Position numbers and translations under genes: made by a program. Positions 25,870 through 39,865 of a DNA stretch of 64,000 bases are shown piece after piece. Location of the stretch: assembly GCA_977862235.1 (NCBI GenBank), contig OZ374564.1, positions 682,001 through 746,000 on the forward strand, written 5' to 3'. The notes beneath the pieces are model-generated. The model was not told the origin of the DNA. It did no database searches and saw only the letters and a list, made by a program, of their open reading frames with translations. Source of the stretch: Dudresnaya verticillata. Lineage: Eukaryota. Each line of letters begins with the position of its first letter. Positions within the stretch are counted from its first letter, which is position 1.

Positions 25870-26110
25870 GATGAAAGGACGACATTCACTGATGAAAGGA
25901 CGACATTCACTGATGAAAGGACGACATTCGCTGATGAAAGGACAATATTCAGTGATCACTGAAACGACGAAATTTAGTAATGAAAGGACGGCCTTCAGTA
26001 CTGAAACGATGAAACGACGAAATTCAATGATGAAAGGACGGCCCCTAGTGCTGAAACGACATCGTTTTGATGATTAAATGCCTTCCTCAAGTGAGGAAAG
26101 GACGATTTTC
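25870..26110 (+). repeat. 21-bp tandem repeat GATGAAAGGACGACATTCACT (4 clear copies plus degenerate ones)
   Basis: Directly visible, no spacers. Confidence 0.9.
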
Positions 26111-26293
26111 AATGCAGAAAAATTTCCGTGCTTGCACTAGGTACTAAGAAGGCAAGGACAAGGTCGAGAAGAAATGCAATTGAACTTCTTGTAAACATTT
26201 ACATGCGAAGTCTGCTAGACTTCAGCAGCAAGACGTAGAGAACGCCGTCCTATACATTGTAACTTTCCACAAATGACATTACGCCTTACCTTG

Positions 26294-29200
26294 CTAAACC
26301 CCATCTCTAATAATGTTCTCATCACGAAGTCGATAAAGCTTGCCCTTGTTCCCCTTCTCTGTAAACCACGGGTACTGGTCGAAATGACCTCCTTCTCGGG
26401 TAAAAGCAATTTCCCCGTGGATATTGAGGGATAAGTCTGCTTTGCCTGACGGAATGAAAAGTGTTTTCGGGTGCAAAGTTGTGTTGCTTTCCACGGCAAG
26501 GGAGTATTGGTGTTCACGAGCCAATCCATGAACTAATCGCAATTCAGACGCACTGGGTTCCATGACCGTGAGGTCGCCACGAATCACCATCATGCTGTAT
26601 GGTGGAATTACAACAAGCCGCGAAGCAACACAGCCAAGCATAAGTTCCCTAGTCTTCTTGCACTTCGTGTTTCGGTAGATATGTGATCCTGGCCACACGC
26701 GCAGTACCGTGGGTTGATGGCCAGTGAACTTAACTGTGACGTTTGAGATAAACGGCGAGTCCGCATACACGGGCAACCTCGGCGAGGAGTACTGACTCCA
26801 GTCAGGAGTCCAACCAGGAGGAGGCGGCGCAAACTTCGTGTGGGGGAATGTCCGCATGAAACTGCACCCCATGCTGATGAGATGAGATCCATTCAAAGGC
26901 ATGTACATATGGTTATCATCGAACTGAAGGCCGAGGCTGGAAAGGAAGGATGCTATGTCGACTGGGCACTTTCGCAAGGTCGAAAGCGGTCTGCATGAAA
27001 CACATGTAAGTGTCAATTGTGGAACTCAGACCTCCGCCGGCACCTCTGGAAAACGCGCCGGAGTCAATTACAAACCCATCGCCTTGAAGGCGTTCGTGCA
27101 ATACACGGAAATGGCACCTGCTGTTTTCGGTTCCGGCGTCCACATGCCAACCTAGTACTCGCTTTCCAGCCATGTTCTTCAAAGGAACATCCATATCACT
27201 TCCAGCAAAGAGTATTGCCATGTTGATCTGAGCAATGTCGTTCCACTCTAGGTAGTTGCAATATCGTGACCTTTCGTTGATCCCAACTGGCAGTATTTCA
27301 ATACCCCCCACTTTCATCGCAAATGGGTTGAACAAGGCACGGTCGATGGCAACAGGGGTGTTTTGATTTTGCGATTCCCGAATCTCTCCTTCTTGAACGA
27401 CTTGGAAAGGTCGATGATATGGAGCGAGTGGCCTTGACACTACGAGTTTCATCCCTGCCTCTTCAAGAAGCTCCATATCCCGATCTGCAAGACGTTCAAG
27501 ACGTTCCCCTGACACGGCATTGTCACCTTTATGCAAGGTCCTGACTCCACGAATTTTGCGCCGCGCTGTAGGGTTACGAGACTCTGGAGGGCTCTCCACT
27601 TGCTTGACAACGTTCAGGCATGAAGACCCATCATCACCTTCACCATCAGTACCATCTGACACCCTATTGTCTGATCCTTGCACGCCTGCATCGAATGAAA
27701 GGTCCACTTCCGGCAAGTCGTCCAAACTCTGTGCGGGAGAGTTTTCCAATGCGGGTGAGTTGGAAACCGATTTTTCTTCCACTACACCCTCTTCCGCGGG
27801 CTGTGGCAGGCGACGTGATCCCTGAGCTTCTGTCCCTCTCATTGCCCCAGGGGTTGAAACGATCGTTTCAACTTCTTGATTCCTCCCGTTTCCAAGAGGA
27901 GCGACATCAAAAAGCTCTGTAGAATTGTCTTCTCCCGGTATTTTTTCAATGTGCTCGGTTGACTTCAGAAGTCTCCTTTCCTCATCACGCTTACGTCGCT
28001 CACGTTCCTCACTTTTCGTAAGATGCTCCATATCAGGGTATAACTTTCTGAACATCGCAGTGATTCGTATGTCAACAGAAGTGTCGGAAGCACCAGAATC
28101 TGATTCTGTGTCTTGCTCGAGATATTCGACTAGCTGTTGGTGGCTTTGCTCCATCAACCTTTCCCTCTGCTTTCTTCGTAGCTCTTCAATCCCTTTCGAT
28201 GGGAATGTCTTCATCGCTCGAGGCTTCTTACGACGACGTCCCTTGGTAGCCCCTTCTTTGTTTATAGCGGCATATCGCAAAAGTTTTTCTTGTTCTTCCT
28301 GCGACATTCTCTTGACTGTCCTTCGCATACCTCTCGGATTGCTAACCTCACCTTCTGTTATTCTTTTCCATACTTCGCTAGCTGTTTCAATCTGGGGTGA
28401 CCTCGACCGTCCGGCAGGCCTGCGCAAGGTTGGAACTGGACGGTCTTCTTGTTCAGAATCGCTAGTAAAGATCACCGGAGTACGTCGATCTCGCTTGCGC
28501 TTCCGTCTCTTGAGCTGTACGGTACCTTCTGATGGTTACTGAAGTCTATTCCCTTTAGATGGTGAAAGGATGCTTTCCCCGTCATCTTGTTCTTGGGATG
28601 GTAAAACAGTGCCTTCCCCATCAATGATGATATCTTGTTCTTGATTCGACCTTTTGTCATATCGACCTGTTGATCTAAGAACGCGATGTGAAGTACGATG
28701 TTGACCTTTCCCTTCGTGGACATGCAATTCATTCGTGTCCGCATGGGGTACATCCTTGCACTGACTTCCGGAACCGGAATCAGCAGGTTGGGAAGCAGTA
28801 CTTGAAGTATCCTTTCCGATGTTGCCGTGAGGGGTTTGCACATTGCTGCTGCGCTCAACCGGCTGCTGAACAGTAGCGTTACCGTTGGATCCTCGTTGGG
28901 ATACAGGTGCACCTGCGCTCCGTCCTCGGCTTGTTCCTCGGTTCCCCTTCGACGCACCAACACTATTACCTCGATTGCTGGGAGTAGCTGCCTTAGAACT
29001 TCGTCCTTTCTCCAAACCCTTCTCAGCTTGGCACTCTTGCGTCGCTCGTCTCCCTACTCCTCCAGCTGCCTCACCGTCGACCTTATATTTATCGCAGTCG
29101 CTTCTCATGGCTTTGGATAATATGGCCGGCAAGACAATGCCTTGTGCAGTCCAGACCTCGTCATTGCCGCCATCTGAAAGCGAATCCTGTTGGACAATGA

Positions 29201-29918
29201 GTCGTGGGATTGCCCTTTCCATCAAAGCCTTCAGTTGTATCATTTGGCTTTCTTCCGCTCCGTTCGATGAAGCGTCGGCCGTTTGGGAGAGTTCCAGACT
29301 TTTGCCTATTTCCGCAAGGATGCCAAGTATACCACCATCAATATGGGCAGGACCCATTCTGAACTTGCCGTTCACGCAAATGCGATTGCGAACTTCATTT
29401 CGCTCGTGTAGGATCTGGTTGCAGTGCTCGACGAGGCTCTTAATTGACTCAACGAACCGTCGGACGAACAAAGCCTGCCATTCCTTTTTGCGATTTTCCG
29501 ACCTTTCCACCATGCACCTTGTTGACGTTGCGAGCAGCACGGCAATCTTCTCAAGACTGCCGCAATCGTGGAATTTGTGGCACTTGAACAACTCATACAC
29601 AATCGCGAAGCCGTCTTCGCATTCGACTAACCGCATGTAGAGATCAAACGCCCGCTGCATTTCTTCGCCAACCATGGAATGCGCTGTATCGAAGTAGATG
29701 CTCTTGGTGGTACGCGACGCTGTATGAAAACCCAGATTCACTTCTTTACCCTCGACAACAGCCTTGATAGGGCCCACTTCGCTTGCAAACAGATCGTATA
29801 GCTTGGACTTGTTATCCAACTTGACTTGAAAGGATCGGAAATTCCGAGCATGAAGAAACTCGCGCAACATCCTTATAACCACGCGCTTCATTGCGTTTCC
29901 ATGCTGCGTGCGCTTCAT
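26294..29918 (-). pseudogene. Cargo gene 3, ~1200-aa paralogue of gene 2 with a catalytically degenerate PhyH-like domain
   Basis: ORFs 28536-29918 and 26916-28475 are in one frame (single TAA); frameshift ~27020 into 26294-27016. LQGDGFVID, FPHTKF, VWPGSH, IPPYSMMVIRGDLTVM align with gene 2. Confidence 0.72.
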
Positions 29919-31089
29919 TGTCCAGCAGAGTTACAGGGACCGGCTTGATAGGACAGGTTGATCGCTTGAGATGGAAGTATATTGACGAGGGGAAGCAGCC
30001 TCCCAAGTGAGGGTAAGACTGTGTGAATAGCCTTCAAGGTCCGGCTCTTGCGAAGAAAGGTTGGAGTCAAAACTCCACACGCCTGTGTGGGGAGCGTAAT
30101 GCGCCTTGCCGTGGCACCGCGGACGCGTGAAAGCGGCGAAAGGAGGTTATGAGAGGCGCTGAAGAACGTCTCCCCTGCCGTCGCCCTTCTCGCCAACTCG
30201 GGTGTCGGACAAACGCAACACCGCGAGCCGTTGTTGCGATTCTCTTCAATCTGGCCTTTTGGCCTTTCGACGATGTACCACGGCCTTTCGATTTTCGCAA
30301 AGGCTCGTCGACAGATCTGTGCTGGAGCACCGGGCGCCGGCAGTGCGCTGATATTGTTCGCAAAAATATGCAAAAACGAGTACATCTGCCGTACAGTTGA
30401 CAGCAGCTGCTGTAGTAGTACAGTGTACACTGTGCGTTGGCAGCTTTGCGATTTGAAATGTCGCCCTTCCGTTGGCGCTGTCGACAGCGTATTACAGCGA
30501 ACAGGGTTCGGGCAGAAATGTGGGTTGCAGAGGCTTCCGATTCCGGCTGGCCCATCAGTGGCCAGCCGCTTCGCAGGCCTGTACAACGACATGGACACTC
30601 TGCATGCAAATGAACAAGTACTATTTTTGATTGAAAATGCAAACGAACCCTAAGTGTCTCCACCGCTCGATACAGGTATTCACGTGCATGCATGCACTGC
30701 AGTGCGATTAGAACGGGACATGTCCGACCTCATATGCTCTCTCTGGGGAACGCGCCCTCGTTCGCCATGTGATATCTTGGACGTACTCCCCAATATTATA
30801 TATAAAACCAATGGGCCAAAGGCATTTGGACATATCTGCATGGCGCAAGACTACCGAATGCATCCAGCTTCTCACCCACCCTTCTTCCGCCTCTCGAGCG
30901 CGTCCAGAGCCCAAAATGTACCTAGGGCTGCTCCAATGCATCGGATGCGTATTGGATGCGTTGGATGCAGATGCATTGGATGCGCATCGCGGGCCCGAAG
31001 CAGGGCATTGCGTACTAACCGTCAAGAATCTGGAGTCTTTACGGCTGCAACCGTACCATGGTACACGGAGAGCTCTATCCAATTTTGTT

Positions 31090-32080
31090 AACATAACCCC
31101 ACTGAAAGGATGTGATTTGCATTGCTCATAAATGTACTGAAAGGATGCGATTAGTACAATATTGAACAAATGCACTGAAAGTCACTGCGAGGGTGATCTT
31201 GTTAAGTATACTGACTCACTACAGTGCATATAGTATACTATATATAGTGAAAGGAGACACTGCAGTGCGTTTACGTAATGAAGTGTAACCAGAAATTGGT
31301 TGTTGCAGAACAGAAAGGATGAACTGGAGTTCCAAAGAAGATATATATCTATCTAGACATATCTCCAATTTATCGTTTCATATGATAAATTCGGTACTGG
31401 TATTGAACCTTTAGGAAGTCTGAAAGGGTGAATTGAATTCAATCTACCCTTAAGGGTACTAAGGAGATGATAACATATGTTGTAAGAAACGAAAACAGAA
31501 TGGACTGCAACGAATTGAGCAGAGGATCCTTTCAGTAGTAAAATCTTTATAAAGACTATAGTCTTAGTCCTTTCAGTACTGACTATATTCAGTTACAACT
31601 ATAGCCGGACTATAGTCCTTTCAGTATTAAGTGCTGAATAACACTTTAACACTGGTCCTTTCGGTATACTGAATTCAGCCTTGGTCCTTTCAGAATGAAT
31701 ATCCTTTCAGAAGGACTAATACTGAGTTCAATACTAGTCCTTTCGGTACTAAAGTATTCTTTCAGGGCCCTGGCTCTTAAGAGTCTGAAATGTCAGTACT
31801 GAGGGATGAATTCGAAAGTACTAGTAAGACATCTAACTGAAGTGCAGTTCTTTTCAAGAAAAGAACTGCAGTTAAGTTCTAAATGGTTACAATGACAGAC
31901 TTTTTTTGGCCACACCTTTCACCCCGGTGCTTTCCGAAAGAATGTGATGATTGGTTCTAAGAACATGATCACCACTGGCCAGTACGTATACGTACTCTAT
32001 AGTGAATGTTTCAGTACACTGAAAGGATGGACATCCCGGGAGACCAAGGATGGCCTCCGGGGGACCTATCCTTTCACATG
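31090..32080. repeat. AT-rich spacer between divergent genes with many (C)TGAAAGGA / TCCTTTCA(G) motifs
   Basis: Repeated GTCCTTTC(A/G)G at 31525-31745 and CTGAAAGGA at ~31102, 31138, 32020. Confidence 0.75.
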
Positions 32081-33121
32081 TGAACGAATTTCCATGAAAC
32101 TAGTGCATGCCAGGAATAAACAATTGTCGACAACCTTTGCCCGGGCATGCGCGGGCAGGTATGATATTGTAGCATATGCTAAACTTTAGATCGACTGGGG
32201 TCGAGACACCATTTCCGGGGACATCGTCCACATGTCGTTGCAACGCACATCGTCGTTGAGTCCTCAACCAGATGCATCTCAGCGTCTCCTTCATTGCTGA
32301 CTAGTTAATATTCCTGTCATATTAACACGGCTGCCAGCCAAGTTGAGCCCGGGCTCACAGCGTTGACGCTGTGGCTCGACTAAATTGGGCTCTATGACGT
32401 CAATATATGCACATATGTGCACAGGGTGCCCCGTGAAGCGCTCGTGACGGACATCTCCGATGTAATTCAAAGGAGTAATGGGCATCCAGATCTGATATGC
32501 CAGGTCGCGGCTGCAACCATGCATGGTATGCCATGGCATAAATCACCCAGTCCCACGGTTTCCCGCGCAAAGTTTAGCAGCAGTAAACGTATTCAACGCA
32601 GGATAGTTACTGTAGCGTCGTCGTTTCATTGGACGCAAAACTCCTACAAATCAGTATTGGAAGTAAAAGGTCCTGTCTGCAATCAGTTCCTGCATGTCAG
32701 GACCGGTGCCAGAAACGGTACATCCTTTCTGTCGATGTATTATCAACCTCGATCATGTTCCGGTAATATTTCAGAAGAAAACAACGACGATAGTCGATAC
32801 ACCAGAGGTTTTCAAACCAGGCCGGCCTGTCGACACGGACTAGTGTTGAAAACGGCAACAATTTGGTGCTGCGAGCTTGCGCCGAGGTTTACGATTTCTC
32901 GAGAAATCTTGAGCCCTACAGCGGTACAAAGGTTCTGTTTCTCACGATATTGAAGGAAGAAGTCGAATACAACTCGAGCCGAGTTCCGATCGGGAGGAGC
33001 ATCAATACAAGGCTTTCTTCGTTTCCACCTCCACCGGCGTCGCTGGATTTCAACACGGATCTACCACAACAGCAACGTGTATCGGTCAAGTTCTTGCCAC
33101 CTCTCCAGTGATCGCGAAAGG

Positions 33122-36100
33122 ATGGAATCTCGAATACCACCCCACTTTAATAATCACAGCGAACTCTCCGAAGTTCTATTGGAGCTTCACCGTCGATGGA
33201 CGGGTCCTGATGTTGAAGTCAACAACGAAATTATCACATGTGTGGTATCCACAGTTCAACGCCTTCTTGGCGTGAAAGTTCCCCTGGCGTTACAGCACAG
33301 GTTCACAACGGTTCTTCTTTTCTTTGGGCCCTTACGGATGAGATCAGCACTGTCTAGGTACCCGCATGCCTCGATTTTTAGGATGAAAGGATGGCTTCTA
33401 TTCTCTGTTAGCGAAGGAAAAAGAAGGCTATACAACCTTTCATTCTTGAAAAGACTTGTTCTCGTGGTTAGGGAGGAGACTAGGGGAAGTCCCGCACGTC
33501 CATCTCTATGCAAAGGTTTCGTTCGCGAGTTTGTCCAGATTGATCCTGCCGGCAGAAAGTGCATTCTGACATTCGCGGTTAACCTTCTGGGAATTCTTTC
33601 CACCATTGAGGACATCTGAAGGGGAAGGAACGAAAACGGAAAGTATGGGCACTGTGGAAACAGAATAATTGGTCTGCAGGAGCCCCTCGACTTCCCGAAG
33701 TTTAGACAGATTGGTCATGGAGTAACATTACTATTCGGATCACCAACATTTGAAGACACTGGGGACCACATCATTGGAAATGTCGGCGTATTGAAGGAAG
33801 TCGAAAAGCTTCTGAAGTGCTTCATGACAGATGTAGTCGCTGGTAAACAGGCGAAAGCGGCTAGAGATTACCATAGGCGATGTGGACTCCTAGAAGGTGT
33901 CTGGAGAGTGACAGACGGAGATATTGGGATTCAATTCGCCACGAATGCAGGAAGACGGATCGGAAAGGAGATTCTTTTAAGACTTCGGACAGCAAAAAAC
34001 ATTGCAAACCCCAATCTCGCACATACGTTCAGCCCTCCATCTGCCTACGCGAATGATGTATGCAGAAAGTCAGCAAGTCAATTCGAAACCTTCCTTCAAG
34101 GGTGCTATTTTGCTATCACAAGTGGTTTTGAAGAAAGTAGCACGAACATGACTAACCTAGGGCTCTATGCGGACCAGTGGGTCCAGAGTGTTTTGCAGGA
34201 GAGTTCTGGGAATTTCAAAGAACACATTGAGGGTAACGTTCGCGCTAGCGCATCCAGGGTTGATGTGAATCAAGATGTTTCGATACCGCTTCACAAAGAA
34301 GGGCGTGTATACGAGCATCCTTCCACTCCTGCAAGTTTCGCAGCACAATTTACGGCCCACCAATTGGCACCTAGAGGGCCATTTCATTTTGGACAACCAC
34401 CGGTTCCGATAATTGCACCACAGCCTTTCAGTAATATTGCTGCTGGTTTGTGCAGCCATCCTTGCATTGGAAATTCTAGTGTTCATCCTTTCATCATGGA
34501 GGATGTCGACTACTGCATCGGCCAGAACTACGATAGGAACATGGAAGGGCAAGGGCCAGCGAAGCAAACAGTTAAGATGTCAACATTGCCGATACGGAAT
34601 GATGGACAAGGTTTCCTTCAACAATTCGTTGCACCGCCTTCTGAGAATGACATTTTTCCTGGTGCTCGTCATGTCCGATTTACCGGACCGCATCGGGAAA
34701 CTCTTTTGATCGCCAGTGAGTCGAGTTCAAGTGGTCTCTCCTTCATGAAGTCTGATTCGCATTTCCGGACGCAAGGATGCAACTCACAGCTCGATCTGTG
34801 GATACCTAGCGCACCGGATCTAGGTGACTGCATTGTTCCCATCGTGCCATGTCGAGAAATCTGTGCAGATACTGATCCCCTCACATTTTTATGCGATGTG
34901 GCTCTGGGAGAAACGAATCCACTCTCAAATCTCTGTGATACCGCCCTTTCAAACGAGTTCTCTCTTAGTTGTAAGATTTCAGACAGTGAGTTCCTTCGCG
35001 ACAGGACTACGACCTTTACTGGGCAAGGACATCGATTTCCTTGCGCAGTAAATGATAATGTATGTTCATTGGGCCATTCTTCAACAGGCGAACACATTGG
35101 AAGAAGAAGTCCCATCATGCCAAAAGCATTTGATGCTGTCGATGATATTCAAACTGGTGGAAATACAGATGGACAGCGCAATTTTGTTACACAACAGAGC
35201 CCCCACGATATGTTGTGCGACAGGGCGGAGGTTGCTGATGATACAAGCCCAAATATGCAGACTAATACATGCAATTCTGCAAGGATGCTTACTTCTTGTG
35301 AACAAACAAGAGATTCTGCTGCAGGCAAGGACGAAACCACACCAACGGGACAGGATCTGTCGCATCCTTCCCCACAAGGACGCCACAAAGGTTCTGATTT
35401 GACATTCCCAAGCAGTATCTCCATGCAAAAAACTATTCAGGAGCAGAATAAACAGACCAGTCATCAGGCCCAAAAAGAGGTGAGTGTTATGCATACTCAA
35501 TCGGGACGACGCTCAAGGCAAAACCTCCATTTGTCCGCAGCAGATCCAGGTGAAGATGATGCCCCATATCCAAATGGGCCTGCATTGGGTGTCTGCAAAA
35601 CTTACTCTGAGTCAGGAAAGGGCGTAAAACATTATCCTTTCCCAGTATTTGCGAAACATATCCGGGACGGGGATAGGAGGCCAGGAGAGTCAACTAGTTC
35701 CCGCAACAGACTACTGGATACAAGTGCCGATGAGAGGGTTATGTCATCGCTCTCACGATTTGGTAGACTAGAAATCCTGGATGTCCTCAAGGAAAACAAA
35801 ATATCACCAACATCCATCCTGGAAGTAATGGAACTACTGCGGAACACGGACTCCCGCACGAAGGCGCAAGATTTCGCTCAATTGTGGAAAAGAGATATCC
35901 GATACGCCGTCCTGAATATGTTCACGGAACCACCAGGTCAAACTTCGGACGACACAGATGCTGAAAAAAGGACAGGACCGGAGGTGCAAGTCCTTGGAGC
36001 TGGTCGTCGAGGAACACGGAGGATTGTCAGTGTCGCGTTTCAGCACCATGCCAATCTTCGCAAACATGACATGTTCGATGTTCTGATGGAAGGGAACTAT

Positions 36101-37486
36101 ACAAGATGCTTTGTTTCAAGGATATATGACGAAAAGGAGGAAAGGGTGACAATTGCGCAGTGCTTTGCAAGCTGTAAAGTAGACTGGGTGCGTCTGAAAC
36201 GTGCATCGCCTCAACAACGCTTCCGCACCGTCATCAAGAAGAACCTTACAGACGTTTTCAAGAAAATTCAAGCTTTCGATAACATGCACTTGATACAAGG
36301 AATCTTGAAGCAAATCCTTTTGAACGAGAGGGGTCCTGAAAGGCTACCGTTGCTTACTTGGCAAAAACTTTGGGAGCTCATACCTTCTGGTTCTCGAACA
36401 GCCATCAAAAGATTGGGTTCGAGCCCTGATACTACTATCAGGGAACGTCTTCAGGCTGAAATATTAGGTGTCATGTGTTACAACCTTCGCGTCACTAAGA
36501 TGTATCTCCCAAGTTTTCAAATGGGCGAGATATTCTACCTTGTCCGGCACAACTCCGGGTCTATCGCAAAACAGATAGTAGTGGATACAGTCTGCTGCAT
36601 TCTCGAAGGTTTCCCCACAAAAGCAAACATACAAAAGGGGGAGGATTACACAGCAGCCGAACAGACTATCCGCTGGTGTCAAGGAAAGCTGCGCTCTTCC
36701 AGGAGTTCTGCCGTTTCTACAAGTACGAGTTTCTCACAGCAAATGGAATATGGTGAGTCACTTGAAACCTCTGCGACAGCTTGCCTACGAGTTTTGGTAT
36801 TAACCTCATCACGTCAGGAGACAGTTCTCGTCAGAGAATCGTTTTCAAGAGCCAGAGTGATGGCTCATGACCCCCAGCAGAATGAAAACTTTTCCGCACC
36901 GATTCAGTTATACACGGTTACGAGCTGTCGAGAAAGGAATGTTGCCGACGCAAATGACAAAGGGAATACATTCGAGGGAATTCATGTCATCCTGTGCAGC
37001 ATTGAAGAAATTCATGAGCTTCAACGCCTGATGAACCGCGTAAGCAAGAGAAAGAGAGTATGTGTTCCGAGCTTCCGTTCCATAATATTGGTGAACGGGG
37101 ATTACGTTCCCGTCCCAGCCTTCATTCACCTACTCACATTCGCTTCTAGCATCACTGTAGCATTCACACTCTTTGGGATGCATGATGATTCGGCTGAAGT
37201 TGAGGGTGATGTTGAATTTTGGAGAGGAAAGGTTGCAGCAGCGGACCTCTTGATTATGGAAATGATGTGGAATGTTAAAAGCCTCGATATCCGAAGGCTC
37301 GATGCGCGGTTTACCGCCGCAGATATATCAGCAACGGCGGGGCCGTGCGGGCCCGACGATACCATTCCTTCACCGGGCCAAGGGGAACAAGGAAATCTCC
37401 ACAGCGGCCGCACTTCATTGGCCAGGACAAGAGCTATTGCACGCAAGGAGATCGGAACTGCCGTGAGGAGGCGGCTTTTCCACTAA
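33122..37486 (+). pseudogene. Cargo gene 4, ~1450-aa protein with one in-frame TGA (33617); C-terminus resembles a degenerate SF1 (UPF1/SEN1-like) helicase
   Basis: ORFs 33077-33619 and 33791-37486 are in one frame with no other stop. Ordered remnants IFYLVRHNSGSIAK, VLVLTSSRQETV, VILCS, FRSIILVNGD, FTLFG echo SF1 motifs I, Ia, Ic, II, III without catalytic residues. Confidence 0.55.
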
Positions 37487-37739
37487 CAGAGAGAGGGCCA
37501 CAGTGCTGCGTTCCATTTATTGAAACGGTATTGGCCGAAACATTTTCTGTGGACAGTAAAAGAAGGAAGCATATTGATCAATGGCTGCGGTGTCTCAACA
37601 GTTCACCAACCATTACGGAGATTGAGGAGGTATTAAGTCAGTTTACAACTCAATACAGTTCTTTTCTTTGTTGAAAAGTCGATTTCATGTCGCTTTCTTG
37701 TAGACATGGAACCTTCCCCGGGATGCATTCGTAAGCGAT

Positions 37740-39460
37740 ACCCTTTCCTATAATTCGCATCCATGGACCTGTCCTTTCCTCTCGGATAAGAAAAATAGTA
37801 AAGGACAGAAAAATAGGAAAGGACAACGTCCTTTCAATTGCATGACAGTTATGCTGCTTTGAAAGGGACCAAGGGGCATGATTGAATGGAAAGTCGATAC
37901 TGCTTGGTGTGAAAGGACATAGTCCTTGCTGCTTCGAAAGGACATGATGAGATTGCAAGCCCTTTTTTCCTAATCCACGGATTTTTCTGTCCTTTCCTAT
38001 TTTTCTAATTCATGTGTCGGAAATTATGAAAGGACAGGATAAAGGAAGGGACTTCGTGCTTTCAATTGCTGTCTTACTTTTCCAAGGATCAGAAAATAGG
38101 AAAGGACAGAAAATGACATCGTCCTTTCCATTGCTTCATAGTCATCCTGCGGGAAAAGACATAGTCCTTGTTGCTTCGAAACCAAGTGATAGGACTTGCG
38201 AGTCATTTTTCTCTAATCCAAGAATTTTTCCGTCCTTTTCTATTTTTCTTCCCCATGGATCAGAAAAAAGAAAGGACCGGAAAAAGGAAAGGACGTCGTA
38301 CTTTCAATGGCATGGGCGTTATGCTGCCTGTCTTTCTTATCCATGGCTCAATATTGGCAAGGACAGAAAATTGAAAATGGCCTCGTCCTTTCCGTTGCAT
38401 CATAGTTATTCTGTTGGGAGAACAAATAGTCCTTGCAACTTCGAAACGACATGATAGGACTTGCAAGTCCTTTTTTTCTAATCCAAGAATTTTTCTGTCC
38501 TTTCCTATTTTTCTTCTCCATGGATCGGAAACAAGGAAAGGACAGGAAAAAGGAAAGGACGTCATGCTTTCAATTGTGCATAAGCGTTATGCTGCCTATC
38601 TTCCCTATTCAAGGAATCAAAAATAGGAAAGGACAGAAAGTTGAAAGCTACCTCGTCCTTTCCGTTGCATCATAGTTATGCTGCTGGGAGAACACATAGT
38701 CCTTGCAACTTCGAAACGACATGATAGTACTTGCAAGTCCTTTTTTTCTAATCCAAGAATTTTTCTGTCCTTTCCTATTTTTCTTCTCCATGGATCCGAA
38801 ACGTGGAAAGGACAGGAAAAAGGAAAGGACGTCATGCTTTCAATTGTGCATGAGCGTTATGCTGCCTATCTTCCTTATTCAAGGAATCAAAAATAGGAAA
38901 GGACAGAAAGTTGAAAGGGACCTCGTCCTTTCCATTGCATCATACTTATGCGGCTGGGAAACGACATAGTCCTTGCAACTTCGAAACGACATGAGAGGAC
39001 TTGCAAGTCCCTTTTTCTAATCCAAGAAGTTTTCTGTCCTTTCCTATTTTTCTTCTCCATGGATCGGAAAAAAGAAAGGACCGGAAAAAGGAAAGGATGT
39101 CGTGCTTTCAATTGCATGAGCGTCAGGCTGCCCATTTTTCGAATCTATGGATCGATAAATAGGAAAGGACGCTGTCCTTTCAACTGTTGAGAGTTTTGCT
39201 GCCTATGTTTCTTATCCATATGGCTGCAGCCATGAGAAAATAGGAAAGGGTAGAAAACAGGAAAGGACGTCGACCTTTCCATTGCATCGGAGTTTCGCTG
39301 CTTGTAAAGAACATAATCCTTGCCGCTTCGAAAGGACATGATGGACTTGCAAGTCCTGTTTTCATTATCCATGAATCGCAAAATAGGAAATGTCCGAAAA
39401 ATAGGAAAGACCGTCGTACTTTCAATTGCATGAGAGTTATGCTGCTTGGAAAAGACACAA
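37740..39460. repeat. Tandem array of ~240-270-bp units (~6 copies) rich in GGAAAGGAC/GTCCTTTCC
   Basis: Marker AGTCCTTG(C/T)..CTTCGAAA recurs at ~37921, 38163, 38428, 38698, 38968 and, degenerate, ~39316. Confidence 0.92.
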
Positions 39461-39865
39461 TGCACTTGCATCTCCATGCTGCTTGAAAATGACATGATGG
39501 ATATAACTTGTAACTCTATCATGTTGGTACTGCATACAGAAGCCTATGTAACACAGAATTCTGTATTTTTCAGTCGTCCGCATGCGGCAAGCCATGACTG
39601 CAATACCGATCGTCCTTTCATCGATGGTTGGTCGATCGTCCTTTCTTCGAGGGAAGGACGGACGAAAGAAGTCTTCGGCTTAATTATATCCTAAGACAAT
39701 AACCGGGGAAACACTTTCGAATATTACAACGAATTTGCTTCTGTTAATGATTCAGCATGACCTTTATTTTCATGTGCACATCTACAATCACAGCTCTGGA
39801 TACATTTACCCAGCATATATATGCATATATATATGTGCAATCGATTTGGCGATGATCATCGCCTA

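Noticed and set aside
25870..26110. 21-bp repeats (and the 41-bp LTR repeats) as a CRISPR array
   Set aside because: No unique spacers, no cas genes, eukaryotic transposon context.
29915..33111. ORFs 29915-30598, 30067-30693, 30708-31175 and 32417-32953 as genes
   Set aside because: Overlapping frames with no recognisable domains; probably leaders or promoter regions of the divergent genes 3 and 4.
38014..39522. Repeated small ORFs in the array
   Set aside because: By-products of the 270-bp non-coding tandem repeat.
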